From a virus: a stretch of 41,175 nucleotides of DNA. Positions 41,146 through 41,175 of the stretch are shown here, piece after piece. Numbering within the stretch: position 1 is the stretch's first letter; each line of letters opens with the position of its first letter. Under the pieces are notes generated by a model that did no database searches, was not told the origin of the DNA, and saw only the letters and a list, made by a program, of their open reading frames with translations. The DNA is taken from the IMG/VR virus record IMGVR_UViG_3300027651_000001, positions 1 to 41,175 of that record; one strand, 5' to 3'. The position numbers were made by a program, and so were the translations under genes.

Positions 41146-41175
41146 TCTCAGGGGCCGGGGCGGAGGATTGAAGAC
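41146..41175. repeat. Terminal 30-bp exact repeat, copy 2
   Basis: Identical to 1-30. Confidence 0.9.

Noticed and set aside
41146-41175. Treating the 30-bp end identity as a biological direct terminal repeat
   Set aside because: It cannot be distinguished from an assembler k-mer overlap of a circular or circularly permuted genome using sequence alone. It is reported only as evidence of completeness.

Overview
The window appears to be a complete GC-rich tailed-phage genome of about 41.1 kb. Bases 1-30 are identical to 41146-41175, so the contig closes on itself. There are three blocks. (1) A + strand early, replication and nucleotide-metabolism block (31-10913) holds small unknown genes, a DUF559/Vsr-like nuclease-fold protein, a pentapeptide-repeat protein, a Rad52-like annealing protein, an SF2 DEAH helicase, a DUF4406 protein, a PP-loop PAPS-reductase/DndC-like protein, a ThyX-like protein and a DUF3310 protein. 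(2) A long - strand late block (38548 down to 10961) has podovirus-like order: three internal-core/ejection-like proteins, an ATP-grasp enzyme, TerL, portal, scaffold, major capsid, decoration proteins, adaptor, an 830-aa tail/nozzle protein, fibers or spikes, and a lysis-like tail end. (3) A repeat-dense control region (38549-38867) is followed by a + strand excisionase-family HTH gene and a beta-class DPPY DNA methyltransferase, then a 650-bp noncoding region that leads back into the early genes. I recognised no integrase, DNA polymerase, RNA polymerase, reverse transcriptase or endolysin. The most unusual item is an orphan transcription unit of about 0.66 kb (8784-9475). It has a near-consensus promoter, an intrinsic terminator, many perfect helices, an embedded tRNA-like module and no convincing ORF, so it is a candidate large structured phage ncRNA. 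Other items worth a second look: a 37-nt CRISPR-repeat-like element in the first early ORF; a 45-nt duplicated leader element; the 9-mer TTTGTCTAC, which is confined almost entirely to intergenic DNA; a duplicated terminator module with compensatory stem changes; 49-bp direct repeats bracketing the methyltransferase; a candidate 70-nt sRNA; an ATP-grasp ligase inside the virion module; and an ORF that seems to need an ATT start or a +1 frameshift. All functional calls come from motifs read by eye, because no searches could be run.
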